This document shows positions 37,245 to 50,967 of a DNA stretch of 64,000 nucleotides, piece by piece. The position numbers and the translations under genes are program-made. The notes below the pieces were generated by a model, which searched no databases, was not told the DNA's origin, and worked only from the letters and a program-made list of their open reading frames with translations. Each line of letters opens with the position of its first letter. The first letter of the stretch is position 1. The stretch is from Octopus sinensis (Eukaryota): contig NC_042998.1 of assembly GCF_006345805.1 (NCBI RefSeq), positions 175,584,001 through 175,648,000 of the forward strand. Direction: 5' to 3'.

Positions 37245-38239
37245 CTATCAATGTAAAAAAAAAGAAATTAAAGAATTTTACAAAAGAAAAAATTTTGAAA
37301 TATTGAAGTCCATATTTTTTCAAATGCATCATTTATTTATTGAATGGCATGATTTAACAAATGTGGTTGCATAGAGATACAAATTCACTCTCTGAACAGA
37401 AGCAATCAATGCTTTCTCTCTTTTGCTCTTTCTGTCATATATAATTTACTAACGTTTCACTCTCTAATGAAGGGTTCTGTCCCAAAGTGCCAACCTCACT
37501 TCTTGACAGTAAACTAACTACTGACCACAAGCAAGCATATGTGGTTAAGAAGAACAATTTGTAACTATATTGTTCTTGAGTTCGATTATACTGCATAGCA
37601 AATTACTGGTCAACCTAAGGCTATGGATTAATCCATAGTCTTAGGTTAACCAATAATTTGTGAGTGGAATTTCTTCACTGAAATTGTGCAGAGCCTATTG
37701 CAGCATGGCTGTGTGGTAAGAAGTTGCTTCCTAATTGGGTAAGTGTCTTCAACAGCCATGGGTCACCAAAGATTTGTGAGTGGATCTATTAGACAGGAAC
37801 TGAAAGGAGCTTGCCGCGCGCGCATGGAATAGACAGGACAAGAGATGACATGAGGAAAAGAAAGTCACTGAAATGGTCACAGAATGCATGATGAAAGAAC
37901 TCCAACAAATAAACTACTACTAATAATAATAAGGCTAAAGTGAAGATCAAATAAATAATGTGTGTGTTTAACTGGCAAATGATAACCATCCCCAGATATA
38001 AGAATATATACATACACACATACATATATGTATGCATATCTATGTGTTTGTCCCTTATCACTGCTTGACGCCCAGTGTTGGTTTGTTTACATCCCCTGTT
38101 GTTTAGTGATCCAGCCAAAGAGACTTCTAGAATAAGTACCAGGCTTAAAAATAAAAATAAGTACTGGGGTCAATTTGTTCAACTAAATCCTTCAAGGAGT
38201 TCAACATAACCCAGCAGGTCTGCAGTTCAATGACTAAAA

Positions 38240-38730
38240 GAAGTAGATAGATAGATACATAGACAGACTGATAGACAGATAGATAGATAGATAGATACAT
38301 AGACAAATATGTTTCTTTATTAGCCACACAGGGCTGCACACAGACGAGACAGATTACAAAGTAGAGCTTTTCTTTTTTTGGGGAGAGAAAAAAAAAAGGT
38401 GGGATAGGTTTTCGACCAAAAGGGATCGTAAAAGGGAAAGAAGAAAAAGGAAAAAGAAAAAAAAAACGATCAATAGGGATCGTGTATCACAGTGTCATGA
38501 TGTAAAGTGTAAAGGGGGAAGCGGATACGGTTTATCCGTGGGAAGAAAAGCCTATGGAAAAGGCCACGGTAACCTCGGTCAATAATGTTACATGTTACCA
38601 CATTTGTTTGCAAGTAGGTAACCCTCTGTTTTAAATTTTCGGGGTTCATAGGATTATGCTCAAGGTGGGCATTGTAACTTTCATCACAACACCCTTCCTG
38701 GCTTTCAACTAGTTTCACTTTATGGAATAC
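38240..38730 (-). mobile_element. Probable LINE 3-prime fragment ending in a (TCTA)n/(ATAG)n array
   Basis: CpG-richer segment with a poly-T/CT-rich tail and tetranucleotide array. The family cannot be assigned from motifs. Confidence 0.4.
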
Positions 38731-39970
38731 TGATATCTACTATTTACCTATACATATTCATAGGCTTGCTTAAATTCCATTGTTTTACTATCTGAAAGGC
38801 TGGCATCATCATCATTTAACATCTGTTTTCCATACTGGTATGTGTTAGGCAACAATTTCTCATATTACAGATACTGTGCTGTATCACTAAACAAAGCACT
38901 ATTAACAACTGATTCACATCCTCATCTAAGGTCACAATAGAGTTACAGTTTACCACTATAAGTAACAGGAGTACAGAGAGTATTGTGTAACTGTGCTGTG
39001 CATAGCTGTTAAAATTCAACCATAGAAATAAGTCAGACAAACTATTCCCATGTAAAACTCTTAACAACACTTTAAATTGTACTAAGTAATACTAAACTTA
39101 TGATTAAAAAAGAAAAGTAAAAAATCCCAACAATTTCTTTACAGAGATCATAAAAACAATTGTTTTTAGGACTTTACAGTTCTGAATTACATTTCCTGTG
39201 GCTGTATGAGTAACAAGGTTTTGAAAATACACATATTTTATGAAATACTAAGGTTAATCATTTTATATCTGGATATATCTATTTTGAATATCAACCATAC
39301 AATCATGAAGCGTGACTTATTTTTATGTTTTCTTCAAGGAGTTATTTGTTAAGTTAAACAGGAGTGACATTTCTTATAGTCAGCTTTGGTACACCCAAAT
39401 TGAGGAGGTGAGATGACTGCAATAAAAGTAGAATAATCATTTCTACTAAAAGTACAAGGCCTGAAAATTTTTAGGGAAGGGATTAGTTGATTACCTTGAC
39501 CCCAGTGTTCTACGGATACTTATTTCATCAACCCTAAAGCAAATCTAAATAAAGACAATGGTTTTAGTTTTTGTGACTGAAGAATCTTAGATATTTTTTA
39601 ATGTCATCTAGAGTAAAAGATATTTACGATTTGAAAAGTTGTTCAAGGTTGAAGTAATTTTTAATGCTGAAGGAAAAATCTAATCTTGGATGTAGTTTAG
39701 AAGAATGGGGCATTGTCTATAGAGATGAATAATAATTTGAATTGGTCATTGATGAGGGACTCCGCTTAATGGCTTCATTTCCTTGACATATCAAATATGT
39801 ACCTCTAAATACAGGAGTCTGTTTGAGTAAATTCTCAACAACCTTAATATGCTAAAAAAAGTATCATCCTCACTGATTGTTCGAGTTAAAATCGTTTTGT
39901 CATGTTCTTTAATCCCATACAAACTTTTAGTTTTAGATCATAATAATTCAAATATTAATTAATTACTTAC

Positions 39971-40107
39971 CATTTCTTGCATATGAAGGTTCAATTTAAC
40001 AATTGAATTATCCCACTCTTCACAGTGATGCATTAATTTTGATTCTGATTTACATAATGTACTGGCCATTAAATCTTGTGTGATTCTCCGTTCACATTTA
40101 CTCAGAC
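39971..40107 (-). CDS. BIN3: BIN3 copy A exon 5 (S-LSKCERRITQDLMASTLCKSESKLMHHCEEWDNSIVKLNLHMQEM)
   Basis: gtttcacag / gtaagt, 137 nt phase 1-0. Confidence 0.95.
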
Positions 40108-41403
40108 CTGTGAAACAGAAACATATTGTAAGGCTTAAAAAAACTAGTTTAATAAGTAAGTTGCATGGAAAAGAAGCTACATTATTCTTGATGATAGTGA
40201 TAATGATTTCTCTGGTCTCAAATTACAGAGCAGGATATAACAAGGATACTGACCCAGATATTTGATTAGTACTTATTCAGGAAGGAGAAAACGCAAAGTT
40301 GACCCTTGTAGAGATTTGAATTTAGAACATAAAGAACTGTAACTCCATACTGTAAACAATCTTGTTTGCTAGCCGAACCATTTCACCTGTTAGCCATTCT
40401 TCATCCATTAATATTCTCTCTATTCACACATTACACTGATTCATTCCCATCGCCACTGGGCCCAATTATCTCTCCTCATTCACTATTCCTGCCTCTTCTT
40501 CTCTCCCTGTCAACTGTATCATCATTACTGCTCTGCAATTCTTTCCCCACCCTCCATTCTCTTCTGCATTCCTCTATCTTCCCCAACTCATACATCATTT
40601 GTCATGCACCACCACTTGTCTATAATGCCCTACATCTATCCTTCAACTATATACAATCTTTACAGTTGTTGTCCATCTCCCCTCCTCTCCCATTCCTCCA
40701 GCCCTTGATCTGTCATGCACTCTGGCAAATTCACACTCACACTCCTAGTTCATCTGCCCTCACTCACTTTAACTTATTTCATACCCTCATGTTCTTCACG
40801 GATACCTCATCACCACTATTTATCTCTTTTCAGAATGCTTACTGATCATTCTCACCCTCTCTTCTAAATATGAGTAGCCATGTAGCTACTCCACAACAAG
40901 GAACTGCTCTGTTCACCACCTCCTCCTCTCATACTTTCATCCTTCAACCCTTAGCATAAAGTTGAACCCTACCATTTGGGGTTCATAGTCTTGCATGCTA
41001 CATGGTGACCTCACTAGTGCTGGTAGCATGAGAAAAGATCTCAATACAAACTGTCAAGTGGTTGGTATTAAGAAGGGCATCCAGCCATAGAAACCACACC
41101 AGATCAGACAGTAGAGCTCAGAGCAGTCCTTGGAACAATCAGATCCTGTCAAACTGTCCAGCCTATGCCAGCATGTAACATGGACATTAAATGATGATGA
41201 TTATGTTCATTCAGCCAATTCACTGCCATAATGCTGATGATAATAGACATTGTTCCCCTACCTGCCTAACAAACTATAAACACATCATCATCATCGTTTA
41301 ACATCCGTTTTCCATGCTAGCATGAGTAATAGAAAAATTCATCAATTTAACTATTCCTAATATTGGATGCAGGGCATAAATGTAAAATATTATAAATACT
41401 CAC

Positions 41404-41465
41404 TTGAAGCTGTCTCTGAGCACTTTTTAGAATCCTTGTAAAGTTTCCTACATGTCTCCTCAAGT
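41404..41465 (-). CDS. BIN3: BIN3 copy A exon 4 (E-LEETCRKLYKDSKKCSETAS-S)
   Basis: atatttcag / gtgagt, 62 nt phase 2-1. Aligns to LEEQTRRLQKDMKKSTDADL. Confidence 0.96.
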
Positions 41466-41910
41466 CTGAAATATAAAAGAAACAGGAGATATTTTATGTT
41501 TAAGGAGAGTGATTAAAAAAACTGAACAAAATGTAAAAATGTTAACAATGACATGAATTTTTCTTTTAATCTTACGTCATGGACAAGTTATAGGATGAAA
41601 ATTTTCATGAGAGATCTTAAGAATCTGTAGTGAATCTTGCATCACCATACCCAAATTTAAATTAACACTGCAACAGAACTTTTCCCATGATGGAACAATG
41701 GTTTTTCTGACAGCAGTTTTACATCTTCCAGATGCCTTTAGCTAGGCCGAAATAATGTCTTCGCCACTTGACCCTTTCTAACCTCTTCTATTTCACCAAA
41801 AGCTAGAATAGAGATAACAAGACCACCAACTAAATCTATTGTTTTCAATGGTATGTCTATCATTCTGGATTGTTATAAAAGCAAGAATACCCCAAACAAA
41901 AATCAGTTAA

Positions 41911-42025
41911 TCACCAGTCGGTGATGACTCAACCAAGTTGGTCACAGACGGTGACGACTCAACAAAGTTGGTCACAGTCGGTGACGACTCAACAAGTTCA
42001 GTCAATTCGGTGACGACGAAGTCTG
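41911..42025. repeat. 30-bp CpG-rich tandem repeat, about 4 units (TCACAGTCGGTGACGACTCAACAAAGTTGG)
   Basis: Units start at about 41911, 41942, 41972 and 42002. Confidence 0.9.
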
Positions 42026-42869
42026 GCAGACCAGCTAGAACTTTGGTCAAAGGGAGAAATGAAGTTTGTTGTCAGACAACACCCAACAATTCTCTCTAGC
42101 TCTAATTCTGTTCTCTTACAACATCATTCTATCTCTCTCTGTAATTACTACTACTACTACTACTAAACAATGAAGAGGACACAAACACAAACTTTACTTT
42201 GCATGCTTTTGGATTTATCACAACCTGCCCGTCGAAGTATGGTGTTTTTCAATGTAACAGTAAATAAATACTTTCTTAAAACTTCATGCATTGTTCATCT
42301 TTCACATCTTACAATTTGCCGTAATAACAACAAAACTTTATCGTTACACCAGCTGACTCAGACAAATCATAATGTTTACTAATAAATTTTAGCCGTTACA
42401 AATCTCACTTATGTAAAGATTACAGCTTAGCAATTGGTTAAGTATGCTACTGGCCTGCTAGTTGAACCCCATGGCAAAGGTTGTTTATTAGGACTTTAGT
42501 CAGCACTAGTGGTAATCATTTTGGCTGAGATCAGCTCTCAGTGTGTGACAGCGGTTTGGCATATATTTACGTCAACCACTTTAAAGTAAGTACTGTTTAT
42601 GTATGTAAATTATTATTACTGTGCTGAACGCTGCTATAGTATTACTACAGGAATAAGATCACCCAAAAGTGTAAGTCAAACAATTACGGTATATTGGCTT
42701 AAGAAAGCATCAAAAGCTAACCTTGGTATGGTAAATTTGAAAACAGGGTGTAATACATAAAAGAAGTCAGTCTATGCATATATATCTTGTCTTGTAATTA
42801 CTGTGCGCTACACACACAGCACATCACTTTGGCACATACTCCTTTTTTTTTATTGGCAGAAATGAAGTG

Positions 42870-43900
42870 GGGAAATGTCCACGTCTCTTGATGATCCAAC
42901 AAAGGGGAGGAGCCAGACTGTGGATGCCCCTGTGATCAATATGGTGGAATATCTGAAACTTCTATTATTCGTTTCACAAGCAACTTACAGAATTTTAGTC
43001 CATCTTCCATACTGTAAGCATTTGCTGTATCAAAAACGAATTTATATATCCACCACATATACTATTTCAGAAATTTGGATACTGACTTCCGTGTTGATGC
43101 CAGTTGATCAGAATGTTCGACACCACCCATTGTGTGATTGTATAGCAACACAACAGTTGGTTTCATTACTGGATTTCCAACCCTGTCTCGTTTGCCAGTG
43201 TTGGACATGCCAGTAGAATGTGTCATGGACAGCAAACAAATATTTTAATTGTCTCTCAACACCAATGCAACAATGCTATTATCAGTGAAGTGGCACACAG
43301 TTTTGTCTTTGCAAAGTTTCACATTGTGAAGTTCAGGTGGCATGTTTTACCTGAAGGTGCACACAGTCCCACAGGCATTTGTTTTCCTTGCCTGCAGCCA
43401 AAGAAAGAAGTCAGGACTGGAAAACTAGTTGTCCATATGAATGTTGAATCCTTTATCTAACAACTTGTTATTCAGCAACAAGACAACATTTGTGGATACT
43501 GCACTGTCCAATTTATCTTCTCCAGATCCAAGTATAGCCACAGTCTGCATCAGGTGACTGACACACTTTATGAAATTTTATCCTGAAGCAGGCACACTTG
43601 ATAGGATTGTACTGCTTGAATTTCAGCTGCCACTTGAATTTCCATAGACTTTCATCAGTGGAAATGTCCTGCATGGGTATATAAACAGTGATGAAATTTT
43701 CTGCAGTTTTGTCAGAGGTAGAACAAATTTTTTGAAGCCTGTCCTTGATGTTACCAGTGTTGAAATGCAGTTTTTTCAGTAGTGCTAAGAGTCAATCAGG
43801 CAGCATTATCTTCTCGTATCAAAGTTGGACATGAAGATGAATGCGAAGCTAGTGTAGCTGGAGTGAAGACAAGCACAAAGCTGGAGTGGATAGACATGAA
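42870..43900 (-). pseudogene. piggyBac (PGBD4-like) transposase fossil
   Basis: Minus translations ISTDESLWKFKWQLKFKQYNP, LLDKGFNIHMDN*FSSPDFF..L..RKTNACGTV and TMGGVEHSDQL correspond to the DES, MDN and MGGVD catalytic regions. Contains stops and frameshifts. Confidence 0.85.
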
Positions 43901-44039
43901 GGTGAATATGAGGATCATAAATTCAATGAAATTGCTGTAGCTGGACAAAAGGATGACCATAAATCCCATGAAGGACAAGAAGAAACAAGGAATGCACAGG
44001 TAGTCAGCACTTGGTAAAAGGGTAGAGTGTAAAGATTCC

Positions 44040-44350
44040 CTCTGGTCATTAATGACCATGAGATTGCCCCTAGAAAGTTCCCCTCCAAGGAACAAATCAG
44101 GGCAAGGTTGTTTTATGGAAGACCAGCAGTTGCCCATGAATACCAGCTGCCCCTCTCTATACCACCAATGTTATCCAAGGGAAAGGCAAAGTCCAATAGA
44201 GCTTGGCCCCAGTGACATTACAGCTCAATTCTATAGCTAGAGCAATGTGAAATAAAGTGTCTTGCTCAAGAATACAGCAGACAGCCCGGTCCAGGAATCA
44301 AACGCACTACCTCATGATTGTGAGCCTGACACTAACCATTCAGCCATGTA
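44040..44350 (-). mobile_element. Second tRNA-SINE family (head with TTGAGCAAGACACTT core-like segment)
   Basis: Reverse complement CATGGCTGAATGGTTAG...TTTGATTCC head. Related copy on + at about 15910-16200. Confidence 0.7.
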
Positions 44351-45254
44351 CTTTCACAGTCAGCACTTGGTAACAACTTTGAAAAGCCTGTTGGGAAGTG
44401 GGTGGGGGTGTTAAATGGAATGTAAACAAATCCTATGGATAGCAAGCATGTCCGGTTATGCTGAACTGGATTTAGTAAATGCACAACTGCTTTGTTCTGA
44501 ATTAGATAATTTTTCAAAAGAGCTCTGATATTTTTATAAATTATCATAAATGTCCTAACTATAAGGTGTGTCTTATCAATTGTAGCTTCTTAGAAACTGG
44601 GAAATATGGTAATTAAAAGAAACTGGTGTGGTAGTGGTTACTATAAATGTATGTGGATCACACTTTCTCTAAATAGAATTGCTGTATAGCAAACTTTTTC
44701 TCATGTCGTTTGAGAAACAATTCTGTGAGATGAATTATAATAGGCAAGCATCGAATGGGTCAACCAATCACATCTGATGAAGGTTATCTAAAAGTTCAAC
44801 AATTTATTATATCAAATACCTGTTGATGTCATACAATTTACACAGCTGACTGTGACTAACCAATATTTTAAACAAACTATGCTGCTACCAATTTAAGTTT
44901 CATTTAAAACTTTCATTACCTTTTTGGTAATTAATTGGCAAACATACATCCAACTCACTCTTGAACCTATGAGAAAGCTTCTACATGGTCATTTGACCAG
45001 CTAGAAATAATAGCCAAACTTCTTTTGAATTGCAATATATGCTTTCCTTTAAGATTATGCAGCCCTAGATTCACTGTACCTGAAACAAAAAATTTAGGTG
45101 AATGGCTTCGATCATTTCTAACAAGACAGTATAACACAGAAAATGCAAGTTGGGAAGCTCAGCCTTTCATTGACACAGCAGAGATTTTCACTATAGACTT
45201 GAAAATAAGACAAAGGCCAATCCTAAACAACAACATCAATAACAATTAACTCAC

Positions 45255-45295
45255 TCTTCAAGCTTCTTGCCTTCCTTTTCAAATTCTTTTTCTTC
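45255..45295 (-). CDS. BIN3: BIN3 copy A exon 3 (EEKEFEKEGKKLE-E)
   Basis: gtttttcag / gtgagt, 41 nt phase 0-2. Aligns to VERDFEREYGKLQQ. Confidence 0.95.
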
Positions 45296-46531
45296 CTGAA
45301 AAACAAAAAGGTAAAATATTTGACTTATTTGTAACTGTGAGATAATCAGAAATCTGAACAAAAAAGAAAATGCTGCATGCACACTCACTATCTTGAAACA
45401 ATATCCAGCTTCATTAGATAATGATTTCTCACATATTAGCAGAGGGCCAGAAATTTATGAGGAGGAGAAAATTGACTTAATTGGCTCACGTGGGACAGAC
45501 AATGGTGCTAAACTGGGCAACAGATTAACCCTGCCTTTACAGTAACCTCATGCTTTAAAGCAGGTATGCAGGCATGGTCCTAAGGGAGGGTACAAGGTCA
45601 GAAAGGAATACAATTCCAAAAGAAAAGGTCACAATAATACCATTTAGGACTCATTTCTTTTCTTGAGGAGCGGGGGTGCATGTACCCCTTAGACCCCACC
45701 TCTCCTGGGCATGTCTTGGGTATAGCGACCTTCTTCAAGACATGGCTTATCATGAAGCAGACTGCACAAGTAAAAAATATTCAAGGTAATTTTTTGTTAA
45801 GCATGCCTTATGGCTGCAGTTTGCCCATAAACCCTTAAAGGATAGCACATTTGACTTTATCAAATACTTAATTTTTTACAGATACTCATGAATTATTGAA
45901 GGAGGACAAATTTCCAATTATTAATCAGCCATTTATGATTTTGAGGCAGACAAAGTAATGTAGCTTACCAAGGAAGACTACAAATATCTGGCACAATGCT
46001 TGAAGTTTTAACATTGCAGTCTGAGCTTTATAACGTAACCTTACATATATTGTAACTTTGGCTATAATATCTTGTTTGTTTAATTAACTTGATAAAACTG
46101 ACCCTCTAAGTCAAGGTTTCCCAGACATTTTGACCTTCATGGAATTCTTGATCTTTCATTAACCCAGACATGCACAAAAAAAATATTCATAATTATAAAA
46201 ACAGTAATACCGAGAGAAAAAACAACTTTATAACTATAAAGGGTAACATTAGACACATTCAAATAAATAAACAGTTTTTTAAATTAATTAGCTGGCATAA
46301 TTAATGGAATAGATTTGCTTGATGTGTATAAGCAAGGCCACTTGTATTTGGTTGGAAATTAATGAATTTTAGTCATAAATCATCAGTTTAATCAGTTTCA
46401 TTGCTTTGTTAAAACAACTCTGTTTGTGTGGCTAAAACCAGTTTCAACATGTAGTGTGAGTAAAAATGGCTCAACTGCTGCACAGAGTAGGGGTATTTGG
46501 TAACATAATCAAGATTATCAAGGCGACTTAC

Positions 46532-46580
46532 ATTCCACAAAGTAACATTTCTTTTTGGTGTAGAAAGTTGCTTGAATATT
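46532..46580 (-). CDS. BIN3: BIN3 copy A exon 2 (K-IFKQLSTPKRNVTLWN)
   Basis: gtatttacag / gtaagt, 49 nt phase 2-0. Same size and phase as recalled for vertebrate BIN3 exon 2. Confidence 0.88.
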
Positions 46581-47934
46581 CTGTAAATACAAAAATTCAG
46601 AAGAAATTAGCTTAATTCCAAAGAGTAGAGAACAGAATAACTTACAATGTTACTAAGATCAGAAATGATAAGAATCTTACAGTGTCCTAAAACACACACA
46701 CACAAACACATTACAAAGATAGGCTCCAAACTATGTGGTCTCAAGTTCAGTCCCACAGAGCAGCACCTTGGGCAAATGTCTTCTATAGGAGCCCCAGGCT
46801 TACCAAAGCCTTCTGGGTGGATTTTGTAGATGAAAGCAAAGAAGCCTGTTGCATACACACATACACACACGTGTGTATGTGTGTATCATTGCCTTGTAAA
46901 TGAGCATCATCATCATACAAGCAGTGTTGTTTGTAGCTAGTCTTCCATTTAAAACATGTCTGGCTAAGAGAAAATATTGGAAAGAGGTGAGGCCTGGTGG
47001 CAGGAAGGCTAGCTGCTTTAGAGAATTTGCCTGAGCAAATTCTGTTTGACCCACACATGCATGAAAAAGTGGGCACTGAATGACAATATATGGTGGTGGA
47101 TCTCTGTTGGTTGACAATGAAGATTCAGTAGTTTAATCATTAGAATTACCTGCTCCTAATTATTAACTTGTAAGTGACAGAACATTCTGCGCGCGCACAC
47201 ACACACGTTTACCCTTAATGTAATACATGGGTAGAATCAGTATTACACAGTTGCAATAATGTAATACATAAGTAGAACCAGCATGAGATTGTTTGCGATA
47301 AGGCTGTACCTTTTGAATTAAAGGTACAGTCTACTTGACAGGGCTCTATGCAGTTTTTGTCTACCCAATTCCACTTACATGGTATAGAGCAGCTTGAAGT
47401 TATAGAAAGTGACTTTGTCCAATTTGCCATGTAATGGGATTGAATCTGGGCCCTCTTGGTTGTGAAGCAGATGTCTTAACCATTCAGTCATTCTGCACCA
47501 AAAATGTGTGTGTATGTGTTTGCATGCTAACTTTTTATGCTCAAGTAATACCATTGTTCAGAATGTCAATGGTAAACAAAATTTTGGAATTCTAGTTTTA
47601 CCTTTCCTTACCAGTTTTTTTTGCCTTTTCACTTTTTTTTTTTGTATTTACAAAGTATTATTTTCTTAAACAGTCACAAGACCTTGGGTTTACAGAGCCA
47701 ATGAGCCTCTATGTCTGTTATGGGCAAATTGTGACTTGCTAGGTGCTCTGAATGGTATGCCTGATGAAAAATTACCTTGAATTTTTTTTAGTAGTGTGGC
47801 CTGCCTAGTAATGAACCATGTCTCATGCAGCTCACTTCTCGAAAAATGTTGCTGAGTGGAAATAACAGTTAAGTTTCTCTTGTATAACACATTGTCTTAA
47901 ATAAGATAAAGGATACATCAAGTAAACTTTTAGC

Positions 47935-49480
47935 ATCCATTGTCCATGTTGGCATGTGTTGAATGGTTTGACCAAGGCTGGAAAGCTGGAAGGCTGCACC
48001 AGACTCCAGTCTGATTTGGCATGGTTTCTACCAATGGATCCCCTCCCTAAAGCCAACAACTGAGTGTAATGTGTGCTTTTATATGCTACTGGCATGGGTG
48101 CCATTTGTGTGACACCAGTATCTGCCATGACTGTGGTTTTACTTAGTTTGATGGGTCTTTGTCTCAGGCCTGACAACGCCAAAGGTCAGGGTCATTACCA
48201 CCATGAAGCCCAAGACTCGAAAGGAGCTTTTCATGTGCCACTGGCATCAGCCACTTTGCCTCAGTGAGGCCCAATGCTTGAAAGGTGCTTCTTACATGGC
48301 ACCAGTATGAGTGCCGGTTACATGACACCAGCATAAGCCACAACTAGTTCACTTGGCGAGATGGGTCTTCCCAAGGACAGCATATTGTCAAAGGTCTTGG
48401 TCACTAGTCATTGCCTCTGCGAGGGCCAAAGTTTGAAGATCATGCTTCACCACCTTGTCCCATGTCTTCCTGGGTTTACCGCAATCACAAGATCCAACGA
48501 CAGTTACAGATCAGCACTTTTTTACACAATGCTGTTGTCTATCTTGTACAACACATCTGATGTCACTTATGCCCAACTTTTCTCTCAAGATGCTTACACT
48601 CTGTCAAACATGCACACTGACATTGCACATCCAGCAAAGCATACTGACTTCATTTCTTTCAGGCCTATGCATGTCCTCAGCTGTCACAGCCCATGTTTCA
48701 CTGCTGTGTAGCTTAGTTTGCACACAGGCATCATACAATCTGCCTTCCACTCTGAGGGAGAGACCCTTTGTTGCCAGCAGAGGTAGGAGCTCCTTGAACT
48801 TTGCCCAGCCTAGACTTATTCTTAGAGCTACACTCTCAGAGCATCCACCTCCACAACTAACTTGGTCTCCCAGATAATGGAAGCTATCTACTATCTCTAG
48901 CACACCCCACTGGCAGTTGATGGAGTCTATTTTCTGTACATTTTTGGTGTTTATTGTACCTGTGCATCTTCCACACACAAAAGCTGATTTTCCCTGTTAA
49001 CCTTCCTCAGATATTGCTGCACCTCTAGCTTATACTGGGTACATCTTATGGAGTTTCTACCTATGCTTTTTCTACAGATCAAGCAGAGCTATCTATCTGA
49101 AAGGATTTGTGAGTTGTCTGCTCTCCTACTTACTAGGACTTTGGTTTTTGCAAGGTTAACTCTAAGGCCCTTCGATTCTAGACCTTGCCTCCATACTTGA
49201 AACTTCTATAGTTCTGGTAGTGACTCAGCTAAAAGAACACGGTTATCAGTGTAGAGGAGCTCCCAGGGGCAGCCTGTCTTAAACTCCTGCTATTGTCTAG
49301 ACGACTATGATGAACATGAGGGGGCTGAGGACTGATCCTTGGTGAACAGCTACTTGTACCCTAAATCCTTTGCTGTACTCATGGCCAACCCTCACCTTAC
49401 TGGTAGCATCCCTGTACATGGCTTGTACAGCTCTCACCAACCACTTATCTATTACCTAGGATGGACATGGCTAATCACAG
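47935..49480 (-). mobile_element. RTE-clade LINE fragment with RT core
   Basis: Minus translation FRVQVAVHQGSVLSP, PWELLYTDN, GLESKGLRVNLAKTK, VDSFHYLG and ALRISLGWAKFKELLPLL. Confidence 0.9.
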
Positions 49481-49924
49481 GCCTGCTCAATCACAACTGA
49501 CAACAGAAACTGTCAAATTTATTAAGCAGTCAAAGAAAAATTTTCTATCATGAATTACATTTTATTTTATTTGTTTATTTCTAAAAATAAATGACACAGC
49601 TGAAGCATGATAATTGCAACTATTAAAGCTGGGTTTGCAACCCAATTTTTTTTTCAGCTAGTTCGGTGAAGGTGGGAATTGAGTACAATGATATGATAGA
49701 TCCTGTATTCAATAAGACTGCCTCAGTCCACCACATTGCAACAGCTGGCTTCAAATAATTTGAAAAATCCAAGCACCATAACCTCAATCAAATACTAGCT
49801 TCTAAACATTAAAAACATAGCATACTTATATCTGATTTGGGGAATCCCATGCAATTCTATGAATCATATATAATCATCATGGTAAATGTTCAGTTTGGTT
49901 AGATTAAAAAAGTAAATAAAAATT

Positions 49925-50390
49925 AAGAGACTTCCGCCCATTCGCCACCCAAACCACTCTTTTTAAAAAATTTCTCTTTTTTTTTTCGACACAGCTATGG
50001 GGAAGACGAATCTGCAAAAAAAAAACAATTAGCAAAAATCGGCATTTTTAAATTACCTCACCCTACCCCATTTCCTTCATTTTTAATTCTTTTCAGAAAC
50101 ATTTTTTTTTTTCAAAATATGCGGGAAAATACAGACATTATGATTTGCACAAAAATTGCAAAACATTTCTGTAGTTACGGTTAGGGTTTTAAGGTCAGAG
50201 TTAGGGTTTTAGGGTTAGTGTTGGAGGAAAAAGTCAAAATTGAAGAATTTGATGGGGAAGGGGGGAATTTAACAATGCCATTTTTGGCAATTTTCTGGCA
50301 ATTTTCAAAAACGGGGGTTTTGGGGCAAAAATAATTAAAAAGGTAAACAAATTTGAGAGAAAATGGGTGGGGGGGAGGAATTTCCCGAAT
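49925..50390. mobile_element. Unclassified non-autonomous element with a degenerate TTAGGG-like array (50175-50220) and poly-A/poly-G runs
   Basis: GC-richer ends, GGTTAGGGTTTT repeats. Family assignment (Helentron/DINE-like) is only a guess. Confidence 0.35.
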
Positions 50391-50967
50391 CAACTAAGAG
50401 AGAGGAATCGTGGACTAATCATTCAATTAGGAAAAGCAGGAGACAACATTCTTCAGTGGTTGGCATGGCGTTGACTAATTATGAATTTGTACACCTGTGA
50501 AAATTGTAATTTACCATGTGGCCTTACTAAATGAGGTGACGTTACTGATGGATTATGGCACTGCAAGCGTTGTAAAAGAAGCAAATCTGTTCGTTACACT
50601 TCACTTTTTGAGAGAAGTCATATTTCACCAGTGTTTATGTTGTGTAAAAAGTAGTGTAAAAAGTTGACTCATTTCCCCCTTAATTTTTATTTGCCTTTTT
50701 AATCTAACCAAATTGAATAATTACTTATATATGATTCATAGAATAAATAACCATGCTTTGGTTATTTGCTAGTTATCACTGGCTTTGGCAACGACGACAG
50801 TCACTCTCACACTGCCTCTGTCGTTGTTGTCCCCCGTCAACCATAACTGAGAAGAAATTCTAATACAGTAAGGTATAATTTGATGGAGATTTGGCTACTA
50901 TTTCTCGCAAGTGAAGACACTACGTAGAGGCTCCCTCTTTGGTTTGTCAATATGCTTATTACACGAA

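Noticed and set aside
37455-37500. Hammerhead-like CTAATGAAGGG..CCCAAAG; similar relics near 5315 and 61623
   Set aside because: Core boxes are mutated and stems are not supportable.
41911-42025. CRISPR-like array
   Set aside because: No unique spacers, eukaryotic intron, no cas genes.
50175-50220. Telomeric TTAGGG array or fusion site
   Set aside because: Short, degenerate, single orientation and embedded in an interspersed repeat.
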